Program-made: the position numbers and the translations under genes
Notes under the pieces: generated by a model
The model's database searches: none
Told to the model about the DNA's origin: nothing
Seen by the model: only the letters and a program-made list of their open reading frames with translations
Part shown: in pieces, positions 38,101 through 48,719 of the stretch
How positions within the stretch are numbered: the first letter of the stretch is position 1
How the letters are laid out: every line of letters starts with the position of its first letter
Assembly (NCBI RefSeq): GCF_963921235.1
Contig: NC_086100.1
Span: forward strand, 202,060,001 to 202,124,000
Length of the DNA stretch: 64,000 bases
Direction: 5' to 3'
DNA from: Mobula hypostoma
Taxonomy: Eukaryota

Positions 38101-38450
38101 CACCATCTCAGGAGACATTGTAAAAACTAACTGGGAACAAGCTCATCCTCCGCCTCTTCTAGTCGAAGCCTCTCGAGTCAAAGCCTCAAAGCTCCACTCC
38201 TTCACTGGCCCACTCATGCACTGGCCGCTTCGCTTGAGTTATCCCTCTATTTATCTGTTTTAGCTTTTCAAAATGTTTGGTCGCCTGACTTCGACTGCCC
38301 AATCAGCTGCTTTCTGCTGAATCTGAGCTATTCAAATCTTGATTGACTTGATTGCACAGACCAACTGCCAAAACTGCCAGAATCTCTCGAGTCAAAGCCT
38401 CAAAGCTCCACTCCTTCACTGGCCCACTCACGCACTGGCCGCTTTCCACT
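35115..38450 (-). mobile_element. CR1 LINE (5' UTR, ORF1, EN, part of RT)
   Basis: ORFs 37766..38080 and 37177..37759 (GDSIVRG, DGLHLN), 36417..37142 (GDFN) and 35285..36475; ~60-bp direct repeat in the 5' UTR (38170 and 38385). Confidence 0.9.
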
Positions 38451-38459
38451 GCGTGCCCA

Positions 38460-41400
38460 AGGACTGTTGGTTGATCTCAAGAACTGCCGGCTTGTGGATG
38501 TCAAGGACTTTGGGTTGTTAAATTGCTCCACAATATGTTCCCCACAACAACTCGGTCAAGTGCATGTACCACCTCATGGGAGTTCACTCAACTGCTGGGC
38601 GAATTCCCAAATCTCACCTAGCCCACATTCTCAACTAGTCACAAAACATGGTGTCAATCACCCCATTTCCACAAGTGACCTGCGCATAGACCGGACCCTG
38701 AAAAGCTGGCAACTGCAAAGCTGGGCTTGCCAATGTGGAAAGACTTGGCATTGTACGCCAATCAAGTGCCATGGTGGCTGCTGCCCATGTGGTGATTACC
38801 AATGCCTTAACAAGGTTACCACCCCCTGATCTTTATCCAGTCTTACTACACTGCTTCTCAGCTTTATATCAGGCATCATGATGACAGACAACCCAACAAA
38901 CCCTATACTTCCAGAGTCGGGAGTGCTCAGGAAATCTGTGGAACGCCCAGACCCTGGCCGAGACAGGCAGTATGAAGATGCAACCTCAAACCCCACGGGG
39001 AGGGTTGAGTCCGACAAGGGGGCCGAGCGAACTGCACCTCTTTTGCGCTGTAAGGTAAAAACGGTCATCTCAACCTTCAACGCAAACACCATCTGCCTCT
39101 TGCCTCGATGCACAGAGTTGGCATCACAGGCAAGCAGATACGAGATCTCCATCCTGGGGATCCAAGAACACCGTCATGTACACCCTGACAAAGAGATAAG
39201 TTCACAGTGCTAGAGGGGATGCACCGGCGACCTCTGTCATCTGTTACTCCCCGCACAACTGCAGCGAGGAGAAGGAGGTGGAGGCCTTCTACAGTAAACT
39301 TCACCAAGCTGTCACTTCAATACCGGCACATAACTTCCTGGCCGTGCTCGGCGATTTTAATGCCCAGGTCGGACTGGAAGATGTTCCATACTCATACCAA
39401 GACTTTACTAACAGAAGTGGACAATATCTAGTTGATTTCATCCAGGAACACAGTCTCATTGCCGCCAACACACAATTCAAGAAGCGAGCTGGTAAACTGT
39501 GGACATATAAAAACAGAGCCTCCGTCTACAGGAAACAGCTAGATTACATCTTCGTAAAAACAAAAAGGCATAATTGTGTGATCAACACAGAAGCCTACAG
39601 CACCTTCAACTCAGTCAGTTCTGACCACAGTGTAGTGTCAATGCAAGTGAGACTGAGCCTGCGGCAACCCAAAGCCACAGGTCCCAAGGAGAAGGTGGAC
39701 TGGAAGGCATTCTCCTCACAACCTATTCTTCAAGCCCAGTACACCGTGGAGGTGAGAAATCACTTCGGCCCACTGGAAAGGGGGGAGGAAGAGACTGCCA
39801 CCGACCACTATCAATGGCTCATAGATGCACACACAGATGCAACAAAGAGTTTGTCTACTGTGAAGCGAATCAAGAAGAGCCGGATCTCGAAACAACCTGA
39901 CGTCGTCGCAGCAAGAAGTGTGGTCCATGCTTGTCTTGCCGAGTGAAACAGAAGAGCTAAGAGACAAGGTCAAGACAGCAAAGAATCTCTTTGCCACCTA
40001 CGACCAACTGAAGAAAGAGGAACTAGCTGAGGGGATTAGAGAGGTAGAGGCTGCTAATGAAGACAAGCAGCATGGAGAAGCATGGCACCTGGTCAACGAG
40101 ATCAGAAGACGGAAGAAGACCTCAAACAGCAGAGGACCATGTCCAGACATGGTTTACCCACTTTAAGAACCTGCTGGAAAGCCCTCCAACGATCATGGAA
40201 GAAGAGGACATACCCACGATACTAACGCAAGTCGACATCGATGATGGCCCATTCACCATTGAGGAACTGAAGGAGGCCAAATAGGCACTCAAACAGGGCA
40301 GGAATGCTGGACCAGATGGGATACCACCAGATGTCCTGAAGAACTGCGACCTAGACGACATCTTGCTGGACATATGTAATACGGCATTGATGAAAGGTGA
40401 CAAACCAGAACAGTGGTCACTCTCAAACATTATCCCAGTCCCCAAGTCTGGATCCCTCACGAAGACAGATAACTACCACAGTATCAGCTTGACCTGCATC
40501 TTAGCAAAGTTATACAATCGGATGATCTTGAACAGGATTCGCACCGCCACTGACCCTAAGCTAAGATTCAATCAGAATGGTTTTCGGCAGAAGCGCACAA
40601 CAGTAATGCAAATACTTGCTCTCCGTAGGATCATCGAGGAAGTCAAGAACAACCTACCAGCCATGCTTACTTTCATCGATTTTCGCAAAGCTTTTGTCTC
40701 CATTCACCGAGGTAAAATGCTGAGAATCCTGAAAGCTTACGGAGTGCCAGACCATCTACTGAGAGCAATAGAGTCCAGCTATACCAAAACCATGGCGAAA
40801 GTTGTATCACCAGATGGAGAAACAGCAGTGTTCGAGCTCCTAGCTGGTGTGCTGCAAGGAGACACTCTGGCACCCTATATCTTTATAATCGTCATTGATT
40901 ACGCTCTATGTCAAGCTACCAAAGGTCATGACAAGCTTGGTTTTACCATAAAACCAGGACGAACCAAAAGCGTCAGACCAGCTATGCTCACAGATCTCGA
41001 TTTTGCAGATGACATAGTCCTGCTCCCTGACCAGATGGAGGAAGCACAGCAGCTACTGACAAAAGTGGAAATTGAGTGCAATAAAGTTGGACTTCACCTA
41101 AACGCTAAAAAGACAGAGTACATGGCGTTTAACTGCGACGAAGGTACTCTCATCAAGACCGTAAAGAATGATACCATTAAGAAAGTCTTTGACTTCAAGT
41201 ACCTCCGATCAAGAATGATGAGTTCGGAGAAGGACATAAAGATACAGAAGGCACTGGCATGGAGGGCTATGAACGACATGAAGGAAATCTGCAAGTCGAA
41301 CCTGACCAGAGGGCTTAAAAAGAGGATTTTCATAGCAGTCATAGAGTCCATTTTCATGTATGGATGCGAGGCGTGGACACTCACCAAGACGATGCGAAAG

Positions 41401-41770
41401 CCTCTAGATGGTTGCTATACACGAATGCTCCAGATTGCTCTTGACGTGAGTTGGCAACAGCACATGACAAACGTGGAGCTCTATAAGGACCTACCGATGC
41501 TCACCACTAAAATTGAGGTGAGAAGACAGCAACTAGCGGGGCACTGTCTACGCCACCCCGAGCTACCTGCCAGCCTAGTCATCATATGGGAGCCCAAGCA
41601 CGGGAGGATGAACCCTGGGCGCCCTCCCAAGACTATGGTCAACACGCTCCTAGAAGACAGCAGCGCGACTAATGTAGATGAACTGAACACACTGATGAGG
41701 GAGAGGGAGAAGTGGAGAGTCCGTCATCGTGCCTGACGCCGGCCCTCTAGGCCTGAGTCGATGTAGTAGT
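38460..41770 (+). mobile_element. RTE-clade LINE, near full length, with frameshifts
   Basis: EN motifs ISTFN, LGIQEH, LGDFNA, QLDYI, SDH; RT motifs NQNGFR, GVLQGDTLAP, DFADD; C-terminus REREKWR; (tag)n-like tail. Confidence 0.88.
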
Positions 41771-42420
41771 TGTCAGCTTTCTGCCAAGCTCTCGAAATTC
41801 TATCTTTAGGACCTCTTTGTTTTTCCTTCCTACGTCATCGCTACCAATTTGTACCAAGACATCAGGCTGCTCTCCCTCCCTCTCCAAGATGCTGTGGACA
41901 TGATCTGAGACATCCCTGATCCTGGCACCTGGGAGGCAACATACCATCCGGGCGTCCCGTTCACGTCCACAGAATCTCCTGTCTGTTCCCCTCACCATCG
42001 AGTCCCCTATCACTACCACTCCCCTCTTCTCCCTCTTTCCCTTCTGCACCATGGACCCATGCTCAGTGCCTGTAACCTGGTCGCTGTGGCATTCCTCCGG
42101 GAGGTCATCCCCCACAACAGTATCCAAAGTGGTATACTTATATTTGAGGGGAATGGCCACAGAGGCGCTCTGCTCTAACTGCCCATTTCCATCCTCCTGA
42201 CGGTCACCCAGCTCCTTGCCTCCTGTAGATACTTCCCTGTAGCTTTGATCAATTACCTCATTATTATAATTTTCTTTTATATTTTCAGGCTGGTTATTTG
42301 ACTGTCCTTCCATAGTGAAGACTGACGCAAAATACTTATGAAGTTCGTTCACCATTCCTTTGTCACCCACTGCTACCTCTCCAGTGTCATTTTCCAGCAG
42401 TCTCTCTTTCACTATTTATA
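41771..42420 (-). mobile_element. CR1 ORF1/ORF2 fragments
   Basis: IGDSMVRG and CCLPGAR motifs. Confidence 0.8.
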
Positions 42421-42489
42421 TATCTGAAAAGCCTATCTATCTATTCTAATATTTTTAAAAGCTGTAGCGATGTGGTGTCAGGAGAGTTG

Positions 42490-43735
42490 GGGGGCTTACC
42501 TGGAGCCCTGTGCCAGGGCAGGTGCACGCTCTAGGCTTGGACGATGGGGGTGTGGGCTGGAGCTGAGGGAGGATGGGAATCAGGGGGAGGGGAGAGGATG
42601 GGAATCGGGGGGAGGATGGGAATCGGGGGGGAGGGGGGAGGATGGGAATCGGGGAGGAGAGATGGGGGTGTTACCAGGAGCCCTGTGCCAGGGCAGGTGC
42701 ACGCTCTAGGCTTGGACGATGGGGGTGTGGGTTGGAGCTGAGGGAGGGGAGAGGAGGGGATGGGAATCGGGGAGTAGAGATGGGGGTGTTACCTGGAGCC
42801 CTGTGCCAGGGCAGGTGCACGCTCTAGGTCTGGACGATGGGGGTGTGGGTTGGAGCTGAGGGAGGGGAGGGGGGAGGATGGGAATCGAGGGGAGGGGAGA
42901 GGATGGGAATCGGGGAGGAGAGACGGGGGTGTTACCAGGAGCCCTGTGCCAGGGCAGGTGCACGCTCTAGGCTTGGACGATGGGGGTGTGGGTTGGAGCT
43001 GAGGGAGGGGAGAGGAGGGGATGGGAATCGGGGAGGAGAGATGGGGGGTGTTACCTGGAGCCTCATGCCGGGGCAGGTGCACGCTCTAGGCTTGGACGAT
43101 GGGGGTGTGGGCTGGAGCTGAGGGAGGATGGAAATCGGGGGGAGGGGAGAGGATGGGAATCGGGGAGTAGAGATGGGGGATGTTACCTGGAGCCCTGTGC
43201 CAGGGCAGGTGCACGCTCTAGGCTTGGACGATGGGGGTGTGGGCTGGAGCCGAGGGAGGATGGGAATCGGGGGGAGGGGAGAGGATGGGAATCGGGGAGT
43301 AGAGATGGGGGATGTTACCTGGAGCCCTGTGCCAGGGCAGGTGCATGCTCTAGGCTTGGACGATGGGAGTGTGGGCTGGAGCTGAGGGAGGATGGGAATT
43401 GGGGGGAGGGGAGAGGATGGGAATCGGGGAGTAGAGATAGGGGATGTTACCTGGAGCCCTGTGCCAGGGCAGGTGCATGCTCTAGGCTTGGACGATGGGG
43501 GTGTGGGCTGGAGCTGAGGGAGGATGGGAATTGGGGGGAGGGGAGAGGATGGGAATCGGGGAGTAGAGATGGGGGATGTTACCTGGAGCCCTGTGCCGGG
43601 GCAGGTGCACGCTCTAGGCTTGGACAATGTGAGTGTGGGTTGGAGCTGGGGGAGGGAGGGGAGAGGATGGGACTTGGGAGTGGAGATGGGGAATGTTACC
43701 TTGCCAGGGCAGGTGCATTATCTAGGTCTGAGTGA
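42490..43735 (-). repeat. Minisatellite of ~118-175-bp units, each with an AG/GT-bounded 63-nt core
   Basis: Nine cores starting at 42500, 42675, 42793, 42936, 43055, 43187, 43319, 43451 and 43583, plus a partial core at ~43700. Confidence 0.9.
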
Positions 43736-43739
43736 TGTG

Positions 43740-44490
43740 TCCCAGAACAGATGCCTCAGGGATCTGTTCTGGAACCCTTTCTCTTCGTGATTGTTATAAA
43801 TGATCAGGATGAGGAAGTGGAGGGATGGGTTAGAAAATTTGCTAATGACACAAAGGTTGGGGTGTTGTGGATAGTGTGGAGGGCTGTCAGAGGTTACAGT
43901 GGGACATCGATAGGATGCAAAACTGGGCTGAGAAATGGCAGATGGCGTTCAACCCAGATAAGTGTGAAGTGGTTCATTTTGGTAGGTCAAATATGATGGC
44001 AGAATATAGTATTAATGGCAAGACTCTTGGCAGTGTGGAGGATCAGAGGGATCTTGGAGTCTGAGTCCATAGGACACTCAAAGCTGCTGTGCAGGTTGAC
44101 AGTGTTGTTAAGAAGGCGTATGGTGTATTGGCCTTCATCAACCGTGGGATTGAGTTCAAGAACCAAGAGGTAATGTTACAGCTATATAGGACCCTGGTCA
44201 GACCCCTCTTGGAGAACTGTGCTCAGTTCTGGTCGCCTCACTACAGGAAGGATTTGGAAACCATAGAAAGGGTGCAGAGGAGATTTACAAGGACGTTGCC
44301 TGGATTGGGGAGCATGCCTTATGAGAATGGGTTGAGTGAACTCGGCCTTTTCTCCTTGGAGCGACGGAAGATGAGAGGTGACCTGATAGAGGTGTACAAG
44401 ATAATGTGATGCATTGATCGTGTGGATAGTCAGTGGCTTTTTCCCAGGGCTGAAATGGGTAACACAAGAGGGCACAGGTTTAAGGTGCTT
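43740..44490 (+). mobile_element. CR1 3' fragment inserted into the minisatellite
   Basis: PQGSVLEP, KFAND and TRGH motifs. Confidence 0.85.
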
Positions 44491-45010
44491 CAATCGGGTG
44501 GGGGGGGGGAGGAGGATGGGAATCGGGTTGGTGGGGAGGAGGATGGGAATCGGGGGGAGGATGGGAATCGGATAGGAATCGGGGGGGGAGGATGGAGATC
44601 GGGTGGGGGGGAGGATGGAGGATGGGAATCGGGTGGGGGGGAGGATGGAGGATGGGAATCGGGTGGGGGGGAGGATGGAGGATAGGAATCGGGTGGGGGG
44701 GAGGATGGAGGATAGGAATCGGGTGGGGGGGGAGGAGGGATGGGGGGGTGTTACCTGGAGCCTCATGCCGGGACAGGTGTGTGCTCTAGGTCTGGACAAT
44801 GTGGATGTGGTTGGAGCTGGGGAAGGGAGGGGAGAGGAGAGGCTGGGAATCGGGGGTGGGGGATGGAGAGGCTGGGAATCGGGGGTGGGGGGGTGGACAG
44901 GCTGGGAATCGGGGGTGGGGGGAGGCTGGGAATCAGGGGTGGGGGGGTGGAGAGGATGGAAATCGGGGGAGGGGAGAGGATGGGAACTGGGGAGTAGAAA
45001 TGGGGGGTGT
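44491..45010 (+). repeat. G-rich (ggatgggaatcggg...) tandem repeat containing a 62-nt core copy at 44755-44816
   Basis: Visible repeated units. Confidence 0.85.
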
Positions 45011-45013
45011 TAC

Positions 45014-45257
45014 CTGAAGCCTTGAGCGGGGGCAGATGGATGTGCCACGCCTCTGCGATATGATGCAGGAGTAGCTGGGTAATGGTGCGGTGAGCCCGCT
45101 GGTCCCAGTGGATCCCGTCTGGCGCTCGCTGACTCAGCCGGTGCCGGAACCTGAAGTGCAGGTCCAGCACGTCAAGGTTGTAAGCTGCAGCCAGCTTTGC
45201 CACGTAGAAATTCGCCTCCATCACATCTTCGCGCAGGTGTGGATACTGCTTTTGCAG
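45014..45257 (-). CDS. PCED1A: PCED1/FAM113 exon (244 nt, phase 0-1)
   Basis: ttctcatag|LQKQYPHLREDVMEANFY..DVLDLHFRFRH..DGIHWDQRAHRTITQLLLHHIAEAW..|gtaac; contains the DxxH catalytic motif. Confidence 0.92.
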
Positions 45258-45652
45258 CTATGAGAAAGCGAGGGAGGGACGTTAGAGACCAGTGCTTATC
45301 GCCTCCTACCGACCGCATCATTTCTCACACCGTCTTTGACCCAACCCTCCCTCAGTGCGGCTGTGAGACGGAAACCACCCGCCCCACCACCGATCCACCC
45401 ACACCAGCCCTGACCCCCACCCTCCCACAGTGCAGCTGCATCACCACCCCTGAATCCTGTTCCCTTCCCACTTGTGCCCCCAAACCCCACCTCTCCCCAT
45501 ACCGCTTGCATCTCCCCGTGAGATCTATGTCCCAACAGGAACCGTCTCCCTCACCCTGTCTCAACCCCACAGACATCACATCCGCCTGCAGGCACTGAGC
45601 TGACTTCACCCCCAGCCCTGTCTTCCCCCTGCATCACAACTGCCAGTCCTAC

Positions 45653-45803
45653 CTCAGAGGGCAGGAATCCCCCCTTGGGCCGGGAGCCAAGGGGCATGGC
45701 CAGGCTCCAGATGACCAAGCAGTCAGCTGGCAGGACCTCCCTCAGCCGGGTGAACAGACGCTCAAGGTTCCTCCAGTACTCCATCTTGGAGTCTTCACCG
45801 TAC
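45653..45803 (-). CDS. PCED1A: PCED1 exon (151 nt, phase 2-0)
   Basis: ttgcag|(R)YGEDSKMEYWRNLERLF..VLPADCLVIWSLAMPLG..GGFLPSE|gtagg. Confidence 0.92.
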
Positions 45804-46287
45804 CTGCAACACGCCACAGTGTCACACAACACGGGTGAAACACATCACCCATTACTGTCACATGCCATGCCTGTGACATGTCACAGCATCACCTAACATG
45901 CCTGTGACACAGTATCATATGACACACCTGTAATATGCACAGCATCACACGTGCCAGTGACACACCACAGCTATCACATACAACACACAACAGACATCAC
46001 CTCCATTACAAATGGCACATTTGCAACAGCTGACCCACACACTCTGGTGAGTGCGGCCACTCGAACTGGGAAGTGAGAGTGGGTAGGGGGAGAAGCCGTG
46101 GCTGGATGGGAGTTAATGGGCAGGTGGCGGGGGCGGGGCAGGGGCAGGAGGCAGGGCGGGAGGCGGGGGGGGCAGGGGGCAGAGAAGAGGAAGACAACAC
46201 TGCCTTGATGGCAGCCATCCCTGTGGGTGGGTTATTCACAGACCCTCCCGCAGTGCCATCTGGAGCACCCAGCCCTGCCTGACATAC

Positions 46288-46511
46288 CTGGAGATGTCCC
46301 AGACACAGGAGTTAATGATGACGATATCCGGCAGGGGTTCAGCCAGGAATCCCTTCAGGATCTCCTCCACATAGTCATTGTAGACGCGAGTCAGGAAGTG
46401 GAAACGCAGCAGGTGGAAGTGATCGCAGAACTGGCGAGACTCGCGGAACTCCGGGCCATTGGTCTGCTCGCTGGTCTCCAGCCGACAGTCCCGCTCGAAA
46501 CTCGGCTCAGA
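46288..46511 (-). CDS. PCED1A: PCED1 exon (224 nt, phase 0-2)
   Basis: ctgcag|SEPSFERD..RQF..HLLRFHFLTRVY..PDIVIINSCVWDISR|gtatg. Confidence 0.92.
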
Positions 46512-46799
46512 CTGCAGGGACACCCGGAATCAGACAGGGTTAACAGTCACCAGACCCTCCCCAGACGCCTACTGCGCCTCACCAACACTCCACTCAGAGA
46601 CAGAATGAAATCAGGCAGCGATATCAATCACCACCACCCAACCACTCTGTATCCACCACTCCATAATCCCCTCCCACTCCACAATCCCCTCCCCATACAC
46701 ATCCCCACCACTCCACAATCCCCTCCCTGCCACTCATCGGGGTCACATGGCATCAGACAAGAACAGTAACCAATAACTCCTGCCGAACCACCTCATCCA

Positions 46800-48300
46800 C
46801 ATTCATCAGCATCTCCCACACCCACAGTCCCCTCAACATCCCAAAACAGCTCCACTTCCCTCCCACACCAAACCCAATCCCTTCAACATCCCAAAACCTC
46901 TCCATCTCACACCAAACCCAGTCCCCCTCAACATCGCGAAACCTCTCCATCTCCCCTCCCACAAACCCAGTCCCAACATCACGAAACCTTTCCATCTCCC
47001 CTCCCACACCAAATCCAGTAGCTTCAACATCCCAAAACCTCTCCATCTCCCCTCACACACAAGTCAGTTTCGCCCAACATCCCAATATCTCTCCATCTCC
47101 CCTCCCAAATGAAACCCATTCACGACAACATCCCAAACCTCTCCATCCACCTCTCAATCAACCTCAGACCCCTCAACATCCCAAAACCTCCCCATTTTTG
47201 TCCCACATCAACCTCAGTCCCCTTCAACATCTCAAAACAACTACATCTCCCCTCCCAAACCAAACCCAGTCCCCTCAACATCCCAAAACCACTCCATTTT
47301 CGTCCCACACCAGCCCCACTCCCCCTCAACATCACAAAACCTCTCCATCTCCCCTCCCACACCAGCCCCAGTCCCCATCAACATCCCATAACCTCACCAT
47401 CTCCCCTCCCACACCAAACTCAGGCCACTCAACATTTCAAAACCTCTCCATCCTCCTCTCACATCAACCTCAGTCCACTCCACATCCCATAACCTCACCA
47501 TCTCCCTGCCCACACCAAACCCAGTCCCTCCAACATCCCAACACCTCTCTGCCCCACTTCCACATCAACATCCCAATATCTCTCCATCTCCCTCCCACAC
47601 CAACCTCAGTCCCCTCAACATCCCAAAACCTTTCCATCTCCCTTTCACACCAAACCCAGCCCTCATAATCCCAAAACACCTTCATCCCCACCTCACACAT
47701 CAACCCCAGTCCCATCAACATCCTAAAACTCTCCATATCCCTTCCACAACTTCAGTACCTTCAACATCCCAAAACCTCTCCATCTCCCTCCCACATCAAA
47801 CTGTCCCCTCAACATCCCAGAACCTCTCCTTTCCCCTCCCATACCAAACCCAGTCCCCTCAACATCCTGAAATTTCCAATTAACCAATTTCCCACTGGGA
47901 TCAATAAAGTATGACTATGAAACCTCTATGTCCCCTCCCACACCAACTCTAGTCACGTCTGCATCCCAAAATCTCTCCATCTCCTACCCACACCAAACTT
48001 ACTCCCCTCAACACCTCCAAACCTCTCTATCCCCCTCCCACATCAACCTCAGTCCCCTCAAAATCCCAATACCTCTCACTCTATTACACCAAACGCAGTC
48101 CCTTCAACACCCCAAAACCTCATCTTCCTCCCACACCAATCCCAGTCATCAATGTCCTGAAATCTCTCCATTCCCTTCTGATACCAGCCCATCCCCTCAA
48201 CATCCCAAAACCTCTCCTTCCCCTTCCAAACTAGCCTCAGTCTCCCCAACATCCCAAAACCTCTGCGTTCCCCTCCCACACATGCCCCATACCCTGCACA
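46800..48300. repeat. Intronic minisatellite, C-rich on the plus strand, ~50-bp unit
   Basis: Recurrent cccctcaacatcccaaaacctctccatctcccctcccacaccaaacccagt. Confidence 0.9.
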
Positions 48301-48336
48301 GGCTGAAACCTGCCCACATCCCATCCCTCCCTGTAC

Positions 48337-48416
48337 CTTAGCACGCAGCTGTTCACCAGTCAGGTGGTCTGACTTCTGCAGGAACAGAACCAGGTCCTTA
48401 TAAACGGCCCGCTGGA
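48337..48416 (-). CDS. PCED1A: PCED1 exon (80 nt, phase 1-0)
   Basis: ccctgcag|xQRAVYKDLVLFLQKSDHLTGEQLRAK|gtac, matching remembered PCED1 QRAVYKDLVLLLQKD; phases chain correctly across all four exons. Confidence 0.92.
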
Positions 48417-48719
48417 CTGCAGGGATGTTTTGGGGGCGGGAGGGGGAACAGAAGAAGGGTGTTAAACTATACTTGCTCTCAGAATTCACACACCAGACAG
48501 AAAGAAGCCTCCTAACTGCTCGTAACATGCTCCCACCAGAGACAGGAGATGGAGAGTAGGTTTGCAACACCCTCCCCTCTGGATGGCATGTTGTTCCTTA
48601 GACTCCCTCTACATACTTTAAGCCTGTACCCTCTCGTTTTAGCCATGAAGAAACATTTCCTTTGGTCTACCAGCATAATTTTGATCTCACAAGTGGAAAG
48701 ATCTTGTCTTCTGCTCATA

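Noticed and set aside
42490..43735. CRISPR-like repeat-spacer appearance
   Set aside because: Spacers are related low-complexity G-rich sequence rather than unique, the context is eukaryotic, and there are no cas genes.
46753..48341. Repetitive ORFs (MERFWDVE.., Pro/Ser/His-rich)
   Set aside because: Translations of an intronic minisatellite; no splice or homology support.
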